Assembly: GCA_051313645.2 (NCBI GenBank)
Contig: JBNRSN020000016.1
Coordinates: 127,534,001-127,598,000 of the forward strand
Source of the DNA: Centroscyllium fabricii
Lineage: Eukaryota
DNA length: 64,000 nt
Direction of reading: 5' to 3'
Part shown: in pieces, positions 12,301 to 26,207 of the stretch
Position numbering within the stretch: position 1 is the stretch's first letter
Layout of the letters: the number at the start of each line of letters is the position of its first letter
The notes under the pieces: model-generated
Database searches by the model: none
What the model was told of the DNA's origin: nothing
Seen by the model: the letters and a program-made list of their open reading frames with translations, nothing else
Program-made: the position numbers and the translations under genes

Positions 12301-14130
12301 TCCAAGTTGTCCATATTGGACAAGTTCATCCCAAAACTTGATTTGTCCATATTAACTGCTTTCAGCCAGGATTGGGCCAAGTAGAATACTATTTTGCCTT
12401 TGTTAGTGGTTCAGCCAAATGAGTTGATGTTCAGTGGAGAATACAATTTGGCACGGCTACGAGGCCGCCACATTTCCTCTCAGAATAGCCATCTTACAAG
12501 TGTCGAGGCCTTCCACAGTCGGTGTGCACAGAGGCCCATATAAAGAATGGTCACATGGGAGAATCCATGGCCACACTTGACCCCATCTTACATGGTTTCT
12601 ATACACATGCACTTTCCAGCAGAGGTCACAGGATAGTGATCAAAAGCAGAAATGTTTCAGGCTGTGCTGGCTGAGACTGGTTAACTCAGACCAGAGTGCA
12701 AACATGTGACCCCCTTGGCCAGTATATCAAAAGCGCCACACTTCACCGAGTCACGAGGATACTCTCACGAGGATACTCCTGTAAAATGGGACAGGTCTTG
12801 TTTCAACAAAAACATGCACCAACTGTAGTCCCTCCAACTTCACCTAAGCAGTGGGTGTGAATGGATCAAATTCCTAAAATGCCAATGGCTGCTTTAGGCA
12901 GTGACGCTTGTAGTAGAGATGATGCAATCACAGGCATCCCAAATGTCCGGACCACTCATCCAATGCCAAAGGTCTGGCAAACAAACCCAAAGTTTAGATC
13001 TATGGTCGACACTTTGGGGGATCAGCAACTCCTTTTCTCCTTACACCTTTTGCCTAAATGTCCAAGCAGACATGGTATGTGGCTCAACCCAGTCCTCGTA
13101 CTTCCTTCCCTGAACTCCATTGTGCCAGGAAGAGTCAAGCTTGGATATTCGAGACCAGCAGATCCTTCTGGGAGGAAACAATTGTGCAATTAACAGGTGA
13201 AGGGCAGGTCATTGGGAAGGGCCTGTGGGAATGAGACTGGGATATCATCAACCCAAGGGTAGACAAGGTGAAGGCCTAAGTAGACGTCCATCCAAGCGTT
13301 AACTTGCTTTCAAACTTACCAAAAATCAAAAGTTAAAAGCATGTTTTCTCGGATCTGGAACGTAACAGGACATAATCACTGCCAAAGAGTAGGGGCAGAG
13401 GGGATCTGAAAGCCTACTTCAGACAGGCTAGGATAGAGTAGTGAATAAAGCATCTAGGGCATGAATTTCTGAAGCAGATAATGCGCCTGGTGATTTTCCC
13501 CGTAGTCCAACATCAAGTATGTGGAGTGTCAAACGAAGGTTGTTTCTGATCTGAGGCATCTCATTAGTAGGAGGGGTTGCTACAATTTGCCTCATGCCCT
13601 GGGCGAGGGAAGAAAAAAAGAGTTCAGAGCTTCTACTTCGGACCTCTATCCAGTGAGACCTGCTGGAAAGTATTTGTGGGCAAGTCAGGCTCGGCTCCCG
13701 TTTGGGTTTCGATGTGGTTTAGCTGCCGAGCTACATATTGTTGCCCTTAGAAATGAGATATGTAGGGGGCCCCCCTCTCCCATAACCTTTAACAGTTTTT
13801 GTTTCAACCACTTGTTTCTGGTGCTTCACCGACTTGCCTGTTTTTTGTTGGGAGCCAGCACACCTGGTGGAAAATGGGCACAGCAGCACCAGGAATGAGA
13901 TACTTTAGACAATAAAATGGAAGCCACTAAAACTTAAATTGAGGGCTTAACTGCTTTATAATGCCAGAAGCACTGAACTTCAATAGCCGTTCTGAATTAT
14001 ATATCTTTTGTATTGTGAATCAAATGTGCAGCAACTTTTGTTTGTAATTAGAACACCCAGATGCATCTTTAATAGATCAATGTTTATGATACTGTAGCAA
14101 GCCACAGCTTCCTGTTAGTTAGCCTGGCCG

Positions 14131-14131
<1 letters not shown>

Positions 14132-14170
<39 letters not shown>
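14132..14170. repeat. Poly-T tract (~39 nt) next to a minus-strand SINE tail
   Basis: Homopolymer adjacent to the 3' end of the SINE at ~14190-14545. Confidence 0.9.
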
Positions 14171-14174
<4 letters not shown>

Positions 14175-15241
14175 AAGAAAAAAATCATTGAGCACTTGGG
14201 TGTCACTGGCATTTATTGCGTATACCTAGTGGCCCTGAGGTGGTGGGCCTCAGGGGTTCTCTAGGCCACTTCAGAAGGACGTTGAGTCAGCCAGGTTGGT
14301 GTGGGACTGGAGTCACAGACAGGTCTGACCAAGAAAGGTTGCCAGATTTCCTTCCCTGAAAGACATTAGTGAACCAGTTGGGTTTTTATGACACCCCAAC
14401 AGCTTCACAGTCACACTTACTTCTAGATTAAAAAGCACAAATGAATTCAAATTCTCAAACTGTCTTGGTGAATTTAAACACCCATTCTCTGAATTAGTCC
14501 AGGTCTCTGGATTACGAATCCAATAGCACAACCACCACACTGCCATACTGTAACTGAACAGCAAGGCAGGTTTACGTTGCACTCAGAGTTGTCATCTAGC
14601 AGCATCTCAGGGACACTGGCACATCATGAAAGTCGTAGTCCACTAGTATGACATGCACTGGTCTTCTGAGTCCTGCTACTTGGAGGAGCCGCAGGGACCT
14701 GGGGATCATGCAGCGACGCTCAAAGCCCTAGGTTAACAGATTTCTGAATGGAAAAGTTCAGAAGTTTTAAACATGAGTACTCTACGGAAGCTGCTTGCCA
14801 ATTCTTGATTGATAGCAGGGTTCTAACTATTTCAGTGAGCTCTGGTCCACTAATTTAGGGCATCATGTGAGTGATCCCTTTGTAATTGCTCAGATATTAT
14901 AACCTCCCATCAATCAGGACTTACACAGCAAGGAAATTAGTTCCAGTGTCACTTCATGTCTGCTTTTAAACCACCATTAACAGTTTTCGCATTCTGCAAG
15001 AGTAGGCTAAAGAAATTAACAGAACGTAGGGCTTCGACATAACCAAGATCAAAACTCTTGTAAATCACAGAACAAAACTGCATTTTATGGAATCAGAACA
15101 GATCAGAATAAAATTGATCCACTGTTCATTCCCATCCATTATTCCACACGTAAAGTCCAGAAGCCACAACTGTACAGTATGCACTGATTTAACACGACTG
15201 CCGAAAGAAACTGCACAAGAATACATCAATTGTAAACAAAT

Positions 15242-15247
15242 TTTATT
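15242..15247 (-). terminator. Candidate distal polyadenylation signal AATAAA
   Basis: TTTATT on the plus strand. On the minus strand it is followed by TTTGTTTACAATTGATG and a GU-rich tract (TATTCTTGTGCAGTTTCTTT). Alternative AATAAA at 18294-18289 and ~18510. Confidence 0.6.
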
Positions 15248-17278
15248 GAACTTTCATCCAGATAAAATTGCACAAACATCAATTTAGGCTTTCAAACACA
15301 CAGGAATAAGAAGTGTTCCAGGTCAGTAACCCTCATTCTTTGGTGCAGAGGCTGGGTCTTACATTTCAGAGGTAAATTATACAAAAGGGGAAAAAAAATT
15401 ACCCGTCACCTTACTGTAAAGACAACCCCCAAGAGGAATTCTCTTTTAAAACAAACACTTTTCTGGTAGTCTAGGACCCCAATTTCCCCTCTCCTTTAAG
15501 CAGTGGTTACCACCGATGAACATTAAATGCTGGGTTGTTGCACAACAGTAACTTAAACAATACTGCTCGGACATCTTTAAATACAGAAACAGGCTCCGTC
15601 ATTTTGAGGCACTTGTCTAAGTTTGAGAAAAGGGCCTTTGAACACTTGCACCAGACATTTTAATGCTATCCCCTTAATCTAGAACACAGACTAAAGTTAA
15701 AATTAGAAAAAAAGAGGCAATATGCAAAATCACTTTTACACAACTCAATAGAACTTTTGATTTTACTGTAGCTCTGCCTCTGTAAAATAATTTGAGCCCA
15801 GAACTTAGTTTCACTGTTTTTAGAAAACAGCGAAAACTTCTTTAAGCTATATATTACGTCTTCTCAACCAGGATTTCTGGATCTTGGACCAGACACTTAA
15901 ATTCTCAAGAATAAATTTTGAATAAAGTCTGCTTAACTAGTGGTTTGAAACCCAGTTTCACAATATAAAAAAAACTTAAGCACTTCATAAAATCAGTTCA
16001 CAAAAACAAAATTTGTTTAAACAAACAGCACATCAGGTGCTCCCACTATCAACTGGGGTCACATTTTGTCAATGAAAAAGTCAACAACTCCTTTGTCTAC
16101 ATTTTAACAACATCCAACTATTCGATGTGTGAAACGGGTTATTATACTTCCAATCATTCAGCTTCGAGTAAACGGCACCGGCTTGTAAATGGCCAAACCC
16201 TGCAAGACTTCAATTGAACCTGCTGGCAAGCTTAGAAAACCATCAACTCCAAGTGCCCTTAATCATCAAATTTCTACTTTGCAGGCATGTGCGTGGATTA
16301 TGAACAACCTAACTGGCCTATAGTCCCAACTGCGCCCCAAACCTACCTTACCCTCGACTCCTCTCCTGACCAAGCATGACACTGCAATTAACCTGAAGAA
16401 ACAGACAGATCTTCTACTCTTTTGGTACATCGATTCAACTTGTAGAAAAAGGAAACCGAAGGAATGCCACGTTATCAACTCAATACCCTTAACGAGAAAC
16501 TCCAAATCATTTGATCAAAAGCTTGCCCATCTGCCACCATCCACAACACCTCCCACTATAGGGACCTGCAAGTGAACACACATTCCAAACAGTAATAAGG
16601 GCAAACATCTTTCGGGCCAGCATGTTTACCAAGTTGATGTGAATGAACCACCCCATATTGTGTGTGTGTATTATATATATCTAAATATATACAATAACGT
16701 GCAAAGGAGGTGAAGAGGGTTTTGTTTGGCCTGCTCGTGATGTCACTAAATCAAATCACGGTAATTATTCATAAAATGGCAACATTCAGCACAGAGCAGG
16801 GATAGATAGAAAACTAGTCACCTGCCATTGCATTTTCCTGGAGCGTCCCTTTGATGCCAAGTTGATAGAAAATGCTTGGGAGTTATGTAGTCTTTCATAC
16901 TTGTAAACAATGTATTTCACGGAAAATCCCCATTGTAAGGAGAGGGAGGAAGGAGTATTGCTGAGATTGTTAAAAGGGTGCTTTTTTTTCTTTGCAAAAG
17001 TGTTTTCTGAAGTTGAATTTCTGATGCTATCAAACTGATAATCCCAACTGCACGCTGAACATAAATTTCTTAAACGGTGGCTGGAGGAGATCACCTAACT
17101 TTACCAGCAAGGTGGGGTTTTTTTTGACATCAACCAGCATTCATATACTTCTTTGTCCAAAGCCATTTTCAGCAGCTGATTCATGGGTTCCATTAAAATC
17201 CCGATATCAAAAAACGGCACATTAGCCCCCGGTGCAAGCTGTTCGCCCAACGGCGGGTGAGCCAATTGGGTTCCAACA

Positions 17279-17490
17279 TGAGGTAGTTTGAAGCTGCTGC
17301 GGAAAGAAGCACCGAGGTAGACAAAAGCCATCACCTGACAAGGCACCAGAACCACATCTTGCACCCCTATTACCTTCAAAGATGGTAGGGTCACTTCCCT
17401 GAGAATTATGCATCATTTAGACCCTAGTCTCTGAATTATTGGCTTCTTGGGGTCCTGCAAGCTGATCTTTTGTTGAGGTTATTTGAGGTA
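17279..17490 (-). promoter_or_regulatory. Distal miRNA target cluster: let-7 8mer, 7mer-m8, 7mer-A1 and miR-125 8mer
   Basis: Plus strand TGAGGTAG 17279-17286, GAGGTAG 17314-17320, TCCCTGAG 17396-17403, TGAGGTA 17484-17490. Confidence 0.75.
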
Positions 17491-20482
17491 AGGTACTGTG
17501 CCTGATTAAAAGTTTAAGAATTGTGAACATAATCCATTAAGCACTTTTAGTGAATTCTCTCTGCATTTGCTTGTAAGGCTGTGTGAAATTGTTTTGTGAA
17601 TTCTGAAGCTAAAAACAGACTATGGGGATTTGTCCAGTTACAAAATTGGAAAGTGATGAGTTTTGAACAGTCCAAGCCCTGACTCACCCAATTCAAAATG
17701 TACAGAAAACTGAATCAAGATCACAAGTTACCAATTGGATAGCAGACACTTAAGCCAAATAGGAAAGATTAAAAGGATGAATTTTTAAAGTAAGGACTTC
17801 ACTTTCTCCCCTTAACCCAACCTTTAACTTGAAGTTTTACATCTGGAAAAGGGTGCCTAATCTTTCAGATCAATATATGGTCTCATTAAAACAGAATGTT
17901 CAAAAGACAAATTCAAAAAAAGATTTGAACAACCATTCCACTGAATGTTATCTGATGACCTCATTATGAGTAACATGATCAGAGGGGTCATCACACTTTA
18001 CATTAACGAAGTTCAGCAGGAGCCATTAACAAAGCACAGTACTGGACTAGTCACCGTAACTGCACCACTCTGCCCAGGCGGCCAGTTTGAATCCTACATC
18101 ATACCAATAACCTCAAACACAGTAACTAAAGGTATTTTTTGAACACTGGGTTTTAATGAAGGACACATCCCATAATTGTTTTTTTAATAAAAGGTTCAAT
18201 TTGGTTTGGAGATTGCATCAATTCTGCTATCCCAAGGGAACTCGATAATATGGTAATGACAAGTGAGTTCTTTCTTGGTTTGTAAAAGTTTATTTTTTGA
18301 ATTATATATATATTTTTAAAGGTTGATTTTAAAAAAACAACTCAAGTGGGGCTGACAAGTGTGTGCTTGTATCTTTAAATTTGTGCTAAAAAAGGGGAAA
18401 AATGGCTTCAAGAGATATCTCTAAGGCAGTCCACCCAAAGTTGTAACTGCATAAACCTCAAAGCTAAAGAGCACAGCATTCAAAATACAGGAACTAGACT
18501 TTGTAGGGTTTTATTTAATTTTAAAGACAAAGCTTATTTTATACTTCGAAAAGTTGGAGAGTTTGAATGTATATTTCAAATTGATGGGGCTCCTTAACAG
18601 TTTTGCATTAATCATTAACCACTGCTCATGAACAATCTCCCAATGTGTAAAACAAAAGCCATTCTATGCTACAACATCTAACCACGACATATTCAACCAA
18701 CTGTTACAATCCGTCTGAAGCAGCGCATTAGCCAGTTTCACCGTGAAAGCTAATCAGACCCATTAGGGAGCTCACGATTATGCAGGATACAAAATTTTTT
18801 ACATGGAGTCTGCTCCACACAAATTCTGAAGCAATTTACAATCTTACTGAAGATTAACCAGAAACAACCACCCTTCTCCAGACTAGGGGGCTGGGGACCT
18901 CAATTTACATCAATGTTGCCCCATGATGATAGATTTCCCATTACCATTTTACTGGCTAGCCTGGCTCTTCCTCCCGCCCCGCCAAGAACTCAAAAGTAAG
19001 GCATTGTTGCAGCCAGCTGGCAGCAGGGATACAAACAGCCAAACTGATGGAGTTTTTGCACTTGAACTCAATCCTTTGTGGTTCAGCTCCGAGGTTGGCC
19101 TGGTAATTCATTCATCTTTGTGCTTGGCCTGCTTAGCAATACCGACCATTTCTAGAGCAACCCCTTGATTTGGGAAGTTGCCCTAGATGAGTTGACCTTC
19201 AGTAACGTACCCAAAGCAAGCCTGCTTCCATAACTGAGCAGGTCACTTTTGATCCAACAGGCGGTCACGCAATCTTCTGATCATATGACGAAAACAGTGC
19301 CACATTTGGAAATCACCAACCTTCATAACTTTTAAACGTTTAGACCCATTTCCTTTCCAAAACGCAATGCCCAATCATTACTGTAAAGATAGAAAATAAC
19401 ATTTTTGCAGACTGCAGCATGGCTAATAAGTGAAATGGAAATGGGATTGTGTCTTTAACTCTCTAGTAAGGCAGGAAACTAATGGAGCATCTTAGCAGGT
19501 CAGATGAAACTGGCTCAGTTAAAATTATACAATTTATGGCTGTTAACCGCTTCTAGATTTTGCAATAATATTCAGTGTGGATTCTGTAAAATGTCGCGTT
19601 TATATGCTGCGGTTCCTAGACTGTAAAAATACTGTTTTTTCTAAAATCTGTATTTAAGAGAAGGCGGTGATGGAAAAATTTGCATAAACTTAATTTAAAA
19701 TAGTTTTAAAGAGACATTCTCATTTCTAAACTAATTGGTCACTTTTGGGCTACAGGGAAAACTGAAGATTCAGAGCTGGAAATAAATCCATGGATTCTAC
19801 CCATGTTTCTACTACTACAGCATATATATATTTCCTTAACTATTAGCTACAACCAGAATTCTGGCATAATATTCACATAACAGCGCTGTTACAATCAGCA
19901 ATTATTGCCAGTCCTTATGGGTCTTCACAAGTGTTACTACTGCTCCAGCGCATGACACACACAAACCATTACAACCATGCTCTGTAAAGAACTGACCTAT
20001 TCTCTACTTAAGGGACACAACAATGCAAACCCCATTGTCCAAATCCCACCAGTAACGAACTGGCCAGCTCCTCTCCAAATACAACAGAAATATTGCAAAA
20101 AAGAACCAGTCACATCCAAATCCATCATCACTCAACGAAGCACTGGATGATTGAAGATTTCCCTATTTAGAAAGCTTGGCATGGAGAATGAATTGGGATA
20201 TTCAAGTTAGGTGTGCATTTCAGTTCTGTTCAGAGCATGTGTAACAGTGTGTGTGCATCAAGCAGTGCCACACCAAGCAGGACCAGTGGACTTTCCCACC
20301 CTGAACTCATTTTTCTGCAGATTCCCAACTAGGACTAAACAAGACCCAAGGAAAAAGTGATACTGTCTTTTAAATCAGCCAATTCACACTTCCAACACAA
20401 AGTAATACTGCCTCGGAGACCAAATACAGCCTACCAATTCAGTAGGAAATGGATTTTTTTTAAATTTTTTAATACAGGTACC

Positions 20483-20780
20483 TGAGGTAGCAGTCGAGGT
20501 AAATATATTTTGATTATCCCAGGTGCCTTAATATACTTTGATCTTCAGGGTATCAAATGACAACCCAAATCTTCCTTACACAAATACCCCAAATAAACAC
20601 TCAGAAAAACCCTCAACAACTTCTATGTTCACCATTATGTGCATCAGGCCAAAGAACATTACACCCTAAAAACAAAAAAACAAAGAGGTATTTAGTTTAC
20701 ATTCAGGTGGAGTGTAGGGCTACATTCAGAAAGAGTGTAGGGCTAAACATACAAGATATTCAATATCAAATAATCCCTGA
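20483..20780 (-). promoter_or_regulatory. Additional let-7 8mer + 6mer and miR-125 7mer-A1 sites
   Basis: Plus strand TGAGGTAG 20483-20490, GAGGTA 20496-20501, TCCCTGA 20774-20780. Confidence 0.7.
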
Positions 20781-21028
20781 AAACAAAATGTATGCAGGTA
20801 GGCAGCCAAAGCCTTTATCAGTCACCCACAAATGGCCATTTTTAGGCTGTAGAAGTGGCCAATAGTCTTCCTACCTGAGAGATTTTTCTTTAAATAAAGC
20901 TACAGGACAATTTTAATACTAAGAAACAAGTCTTTGGATTCAGGTCATAAAGGCACCAATTGCCTGGACACATTTGCACAGTTCCATGGAAATATCCAAA
21001 CATTAGTCAGCCCAACATCTGCAGGCAG

Positions 21029-21168
21029 TGAGGTAGGTCTGCTATAAATTTATGTAGTTTTGAAGTAGTCTCACAGCTCACACTTTACCAACATGAGGTA
21101 GATGACTGCAGCACAGAAAAAAAATACCTGTCTTCTCTAGGGAAAACAATTAAGACATTGTCCCTGAG
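21029..21168 (-). promoter_or_regulatory. Proximal miRNA target cluster: two let-7 8mers and one miR-125/lin-4 8mer
   Basis: CTACCTCA (plus TGAGGTAG) at 21029-21036 and 21094-21101; CTCAGGGA (plus TCCCTGAG) at 21161-21168. lin-41/TRIM71 is the classic let-7 and lin-4/miR-125 target. Confidence 0.85.
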
Positions 21169-21205
21169 CAACAAATCCACAATATAGAAAAACAAGCACA
21201 CAGCA

Positions 21206-22657
21206 TTAAAACAAGAGGATACGATTGTTGCCAAAATCGACGACTACTATCAGTCCATCGGGCATCAGGGCTATTCCGGACGGACGATCCATCTGCCCAA
21301 AGCCGCTGCCTTGGGTCCCAAACTTGCACAGGAAGTTGCCGTTTGGTTCGAAGATCTGAATGCGATGGTTCCTGGAGTCAGCTACGATGATGCGTCCTTC
21401 TTGGTCAATAGCCACACCCTGAGGTCGGAGGAATTGGCCATTACTTGTGCCTTCGGAACCAAGGAAACGTGCCGACTGGAAGTCAGGGTGGATTACCAGC
21501 AGCCGGTGGTTGTTGAAATCGGTGACCACAAGGTGTCCTTCATGGTTAAAGGCCACTCCACGAGGAGAATCAAAGTGCTTCCACAATGCTCCCTCAAAAC
21601 CATATTTACTCACAAAGTTTCCATCTGGGCCAAAAAGCTGAACTCGATGATTGCGAGTATCAGACACCAGGATCTTTCCATCAGTATTGACTGCAACATC
21701 CCACGGATAGTTGAACTGGCCATTCTTGCTTCCTTTCTCCCCAAACTTAAGGATGAATTGGCCCTCAAAGGTGAAAACCTGAATGCGGTGGTTGTCCTTA
21801 TCGGCCACTATGATACGACAATTCTGATCACAGGCAACACCAGCAGGACGATCAAATTGCCCCGGTCTGGCACCTGCTGCCCCAAACTTGTGGTGGTAGG
21901 TTCCACTTGGCGTGAACACCTGAACTCTGTTGTTGCTACGATCAGCGATGATAATATAGCCCTCTTTGTTGACACAAACTCCCCATGGTCGGCAAAGCTG
22001 CCCATCTTCATCCCCTTCTCCGCCAAAGGAACAAATTGGAAGCCCAATTCCAGCGTAGTTGCGACCCGCTTTGACAATTACTCGAAAGGGACTGTTCTCA
22101 ATATGCTGGCCGCGAATCGTGACAGAGACCACATGCTCTCCTTCCAGATGTGGGGAGTAACTAACCGTGTAGGTGCCATCGTGATGATCAAGGACATCAG
22201 CCCGAAAGAGGCATCCGTCAGGTCCCATGATAACAACAACCACCAAATCACCTCCTGATGATCTCCCTTCGCCAGTGTGATCCTTGGTGATCACAGTGAA
22301 GCTGCTCAATTTCCCACGCAACGCCCGTTTCAATCCCTCACCAGTGGCTGTAGATATGGGGGCATATGCACTGCTACTGATTATGCCCAGTGACTTGATA
22401 GCTTTGTACAGTACACCATCAGGTGGAATGAATGAAAGTGTGTCATCGTCTTGAGGCTGGAGGAGATTGCGAAGTTTCTTCAAGTCCTGGATTTGGACAA
22501 ACATTTGCTCTTTTGCCAAGAGTACATCCACATCTCGCCCATCCAATAGGGCTTTCTGCACACAGTCTATGGTGCTCTCCAGCCTGGTTAGATTCTCACG
22601 CAGCGCTTCCACCTGCAGGTGCAGAGTCTTGGCCTTCATCTGACGGATCTTTTCTAC
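21206..22657 (-). CDS. TRIM71: TRIM71/lin-41 last coding exon (end of coiled coil, filamin domain, six NHL repeats, TAA stop)
   Basis: Translation [15 protein letters not shown]...LCRPWGV...[10 protein letters not shown]...[10 protein letters not shown]...[29 protein letters not shown]...FLRPQGVA...MDRPSGIA...[12 protein letters not shown] closely matches the vertebrate TRIM71 C-terminus. Acceptor ...ctctggtgaatAG|GTAGAA at 22659-22658, phase 0. Confidence 0.97.
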   Translation of the reverse strand, partial: VEKIRQMKAKTLHLQVEALRENLTRLESTIDCVQKALLDGRDVDVLLAKEQMFVQIQDLKKLRNLLQPQDDDTLSFIPPDGVLYKAIKSLGIISSSAYAPISTATGEGLKRALRGKLSSFTVITKDHTGEGRSSGGDLVVVVIMGPDGCLFRADVLDHHDGTYTVSYSPHLEGEHVVSVTIRGQHIENSPFRVIVKAGRNYAGIGLPICSFGGEGDEDGQLCRPWGVCVNKEGYIIIADRSNNRVQVFTPSGTYHHKFGAAGARPGQFDRPAGVACDQNCRIIVADKDNHRIQVFTFEGQFILKFGEKGSKNGQFNYPWDVAVNTDGKILVSDTRNHRVQLFGPDGNFVSKYGFEGALWKHFDSPRGVAFNHEGHLVVTDFNNHRLLVIHPDFQSARFLGSEGTSNGQFLRPQGVAIDQEGRIIVADSRNHRIQIFEPNGNFLCKFGTQGSGFGQMDRPSGIALMPDGLIVVVDFGNNRILLF

Positions 22658-23979
22658 CTATTCACCAGAGAGAAAAATTAAAAGGAAGCTTCATTCAGAA
22701 TATCCAGGTTATTCCAATGATTTCTCCCCCCATAAATTGTTTTACCCAACCAATTTCTCCCCTATTGGCAAAAAGTGTGAGTTTACATTTTGCCCTTGCT
22801 TCAGTGGCCTATTTTATTAAATATGAGCCCAGAGAGTCAGGCCAGATCTTGTCCTCAAGACATTCACCCCTAATGTTTTCCCAGTCGGGTTACTGGAACA
22901 ACAATTGGAATCAGGTACTGAAGCAATTTAGGGGAACTGAATCCAAACAAAACACCCAAACTCCCACCCCAATTGAGATCAGCTCATGCTGGAAACGATT
23001 TCCTTCTAATATGTTATGATTCAACTGCATACTATATTGATCAGAGTTATTGAAGGAACACTTAATGCCATGCAATACACTATTCATTGCCTCAAATTGT
23101 TCCCAGCAAAAACCAACCACAATTAGGCCCTACCATGACACAGCTTAAAATGCTCTCCAGAGTACCAAAGCTTGGACGGACAAAATCTATAATTGTGCTG
23201 AAGGTTCTTCACGTTGATGTGCACAATGTACAAAAATATCTTCTTGTTCTCTTACGACACAAGCTACTGGATTTCTGCAAAACCCACAGCGATTTGGATT
23301 TTAGGAAATGACGACAAAGGAAATAGAGGCTAAAATAAAACAGGAAAAAGGAGTTTTACAACAAAGGTCAGGTACAGAATGCAGTAGAAAACCAGGGAGA
23401 AGTTGAAAAGCGATACAAGAAGGGCAAAGAGAGTATGAGAAAAGATTAAGATGGAAGCTAACTATTTGTTCTGTCTGCTGCTACTGCACGGGTGTAAACC
23501 AACTGATTTGTTTTCTTTAGGGAAGAGGGGAGAAGAGGAGAGGAGAACTGAAAGAGATTGTCAACACTGTTCAAGCCCAAGGAACAAACCTGCATATACC
23601 AATTCAGTAAAAATGTACAAGAGGCACAATGGTGCAGAAATCCAGTGCTTCCACTGAAGTGACACCACCTTGATGGGTACAAAAAAGTTAATTCTGGAAA
23701 CTGCATGTTCCTGGGACCTGGGAGATCAAATTGACAGCAATAGTAATGTAATGGGAAAAAGAGGAAAACAGAAGCGGACGACAGCTAAATTCACTATGTA
23801 GCTATACTGAGCTACTAAAGACTAGGAAGGCCTTGGTACAGCTGGTCTCAGTGGCCACTTCTTCTGGGGCGGGGCAAGAGGTACATTGAGGAAGAGAGAA
23901 GTGGCTGAGTTTTCTACTCCTGATCACTACCCACTGCTAGAAAGTACGTAGAGACTCCGGTTGATGATATTAGCTCAAC

Positions 23980-24106
23980 CAATGTTCCCCATAATTTTTG
24001 GGGGTCACGCAGGCCATTCAAAAGTCCGCGCGTGCTTAAATTTAAAAGCCAGCTCACTGGCTGCACAGGACATCTGGAATGGCCGCACAGCCTAAAGGGA
24101 ACAGTG
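23980..24106. mobile_element. hAT-type MITE
   Basis: Ends CAATGTTCCC and GGGAACAGTG; perfect 8-bp TSD AGCTCAAC (23972-23979, 24107-24114). Related copy at 56727-56873. Confidence 0.8.
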
Positions 24107-24357
24107 AGCTCAACTATGATACAACACCCATATTACCACAGTCCAACAGCTGCAACTCACCAGCTAAGCACAGGGCAATAGAACTATATTGCAGCATGAG
24201 TTACCACCTTCCGGAGAAGGGGAGGCAAAAACGGCCGAGAAAAGTTAATTTGGGTTCTCATGTGAGAACACCGCTTCAGTGGTGAACCATAAACCCAATG
24301 AGATCAACCAGCTGGTTCTAACCAGAGTTGACATCGGAATCTGCAAGAGCAACTCAC

Positions 24358-24492
24358 CTTTCTTAATAGGTCACATTCGCGTTCCTCTAGAGCCTTCTTG
24401 TGCCGTGAAGTTACTGCTTTGACTTCTGATCGAATCACTTGAGCTTTCATCTCGACTTGTTCCACCATGGCCCTGACTTTCTCTATACTGAG
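24358..24492 (-). CDS. TRIM71: TRIM71 internal coding exon (135 nt, coiled coil)
   Basis: [45 protein letters not shown]. Acceptor ttttttccttccAG and donor AAG|GTGAGT. Phase 0-0; joins in frame to the last exon. Confidence 0.95.
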
Positions 24493-26207
24493 CTGGAAGG
24501 AAAAAAGTATAATTAATTTGAGCCACCAAAATACCTCTGTACATTTACACAAACATGCCAACAAAAATCACAGCAGCTTCCTATGTTCTCAGGCGCCACA
24601 ACAATCAATGTACAAGGAGTGAGCGAGTATCAGGTCAGGGCTTCTGTGCTCAACTAGTCAGAGTACAAGTTTCACAATTAGCCGTTCCTAGATTGCAATT
24701 CTTCTCCCAACTGACTTTCAGTAGAACTGTTCCGAACCAACTCTATTGCCCACCACCTAAAACTGACTCACTGACCCGCAACATTTCCCAAAACTTCAAG
24801 TCTCAAGATGCTATTCTATCCGATCCATCTTTAGAGATGAAAATGCCCAGGAAATTTCTAATGAAGAGCATGAACTTACTTGGACCTTCATCTTAGTGTC
24901 TCCCAAAAGTTCACAACCTATCTACAGGGAGCATCTTCACAGGTCCTAGCCAGCAGCGTGCCCCCAATGACCAGTTTTACATTCATCAACCAGGACAGCA
25001 AACACAACCCTGGCTAATTGTTTCTTCTCCCTCCCTTATCCAGCAATACAGTGGCCAACTGGGCACTGACGGGACTAGGTTCAGCAGTGTCGCCCCCTCA
25101 ACCAAAGGGTGTCATTGCCCACAGGCACGCTCCATTCCAGGTTCAACAACTTGGACAAGGCACTGAAGAGTAGCCAGCCACCTTACACAATGATGCAGAG
25201 CTTTAGTAAAGGGTGGGGGGAGCCCAGATAATGGGAGCTGTTAGGCTATTTGAATGTTTGTAGAGGGGAAAGAGAAATCACACCAATTGCAGAAATCAGT
25301 GCAGCCAACATCCACTTTCCAAGGACACCTTGTGGTCACGGATCCCAACAAGGAGTGGGGATCAGGAGTAGCATCATTAATTTTGCCCTCCCTAACCCAG
25401 GGGCACGGTGGCCATGTAGAGCACCCTACTGCAGCATATAGGATCAACTTTGTGTCCGTATGGCTCAACTTTCACAGCCTTAATCAGCTCCACCATTAGG
25501 GCATCTATAGACAACTGTTTTAACATGGGACAGTTGCTACAACATTAATCCACCATACAATATGAACCTGAAATTTCTACTGCAACTGGAGCTGCAGCCA
25601 TTAATGCAGAACTACTTTGATTTAATTCATGACCAGTCTAATTTCATTCCCAGACTACTCGACACTCGTCTAGTGTAAGCTGTAGTAATGTTAGAGAAGG
25701 GAGCTGCTCAGAATGGAATACCAAGAGGATCAAATTCACTCTGGATTAGCCAGCCAAACATTTCTGATGTTCAGAGTCAACGGTTATTAAAAGGGAACAG
25801 GTTGATTCTCATTTTACAGCAATCTAGATGTGTTTATTTTTAATCTAAATGGTTTGACTAACAGGCAGGAATGCTTGCATACTGTGGTTTGAGCTGGAGT
25901 AGACTATGTGGAAAACCATTACAACGTTTACAAAATGGACCCAGCTTCACACGAACACCTGACCAGATGTCATTTGGAACACTTTACAGCCTCGGATCCT
26001 TCTTCCTACAGGAGACTGCAATAAAGAACAGTCCTGCCACCTTCTCCTGACTTTATCTTATTTGCTCAGTGCCTGAGCAAGTGATTTGTAACCTCCAGAA
26101 ATATCATTAGTATTAATCTTTGGTCAAAATGTGGGTTAGAATTAGAAGTTGGGAGCTTCCTCTTCTGATCCGGACACTGATCCCTGATGGCACACCTGTT
26201 TGTTTTA

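Larger units (their letters stand above)
15225..21205 (-). other. TRIM71: Inferred long (~6 kb) TRIM71 3'UTR
   Basis: AT-rich and free of recognisable interspersed repeats, unlike the rest of the window. Carries let-7 and miR-125 seed matches and ends at an AATAAA followed by GU/U-rich sequence. The 3' end is inferred. Confidence 0.7.

Noticed and set aside
17279-21101. TGAGGTAG and TCCCTGAG on the plus strand as let-7 or miR-125 genes
   Set aside because: Only the seed matches; there is no full mature sequence or precursor hairpin. They are target sites on the minus-strand mRNA.
21311-22258. 315-aa plus-strand ORF
   Set aside because: Antisense shadow of the TRIM71 NHL exon; no recognisable domain.
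21206-22639. Treating the 477-aa ORF as a standalone NHL gene starting at M22639
   Set aside because: It is the spliced last exon; the acceptor lies 18 nt upstream and the earlier exons are present.
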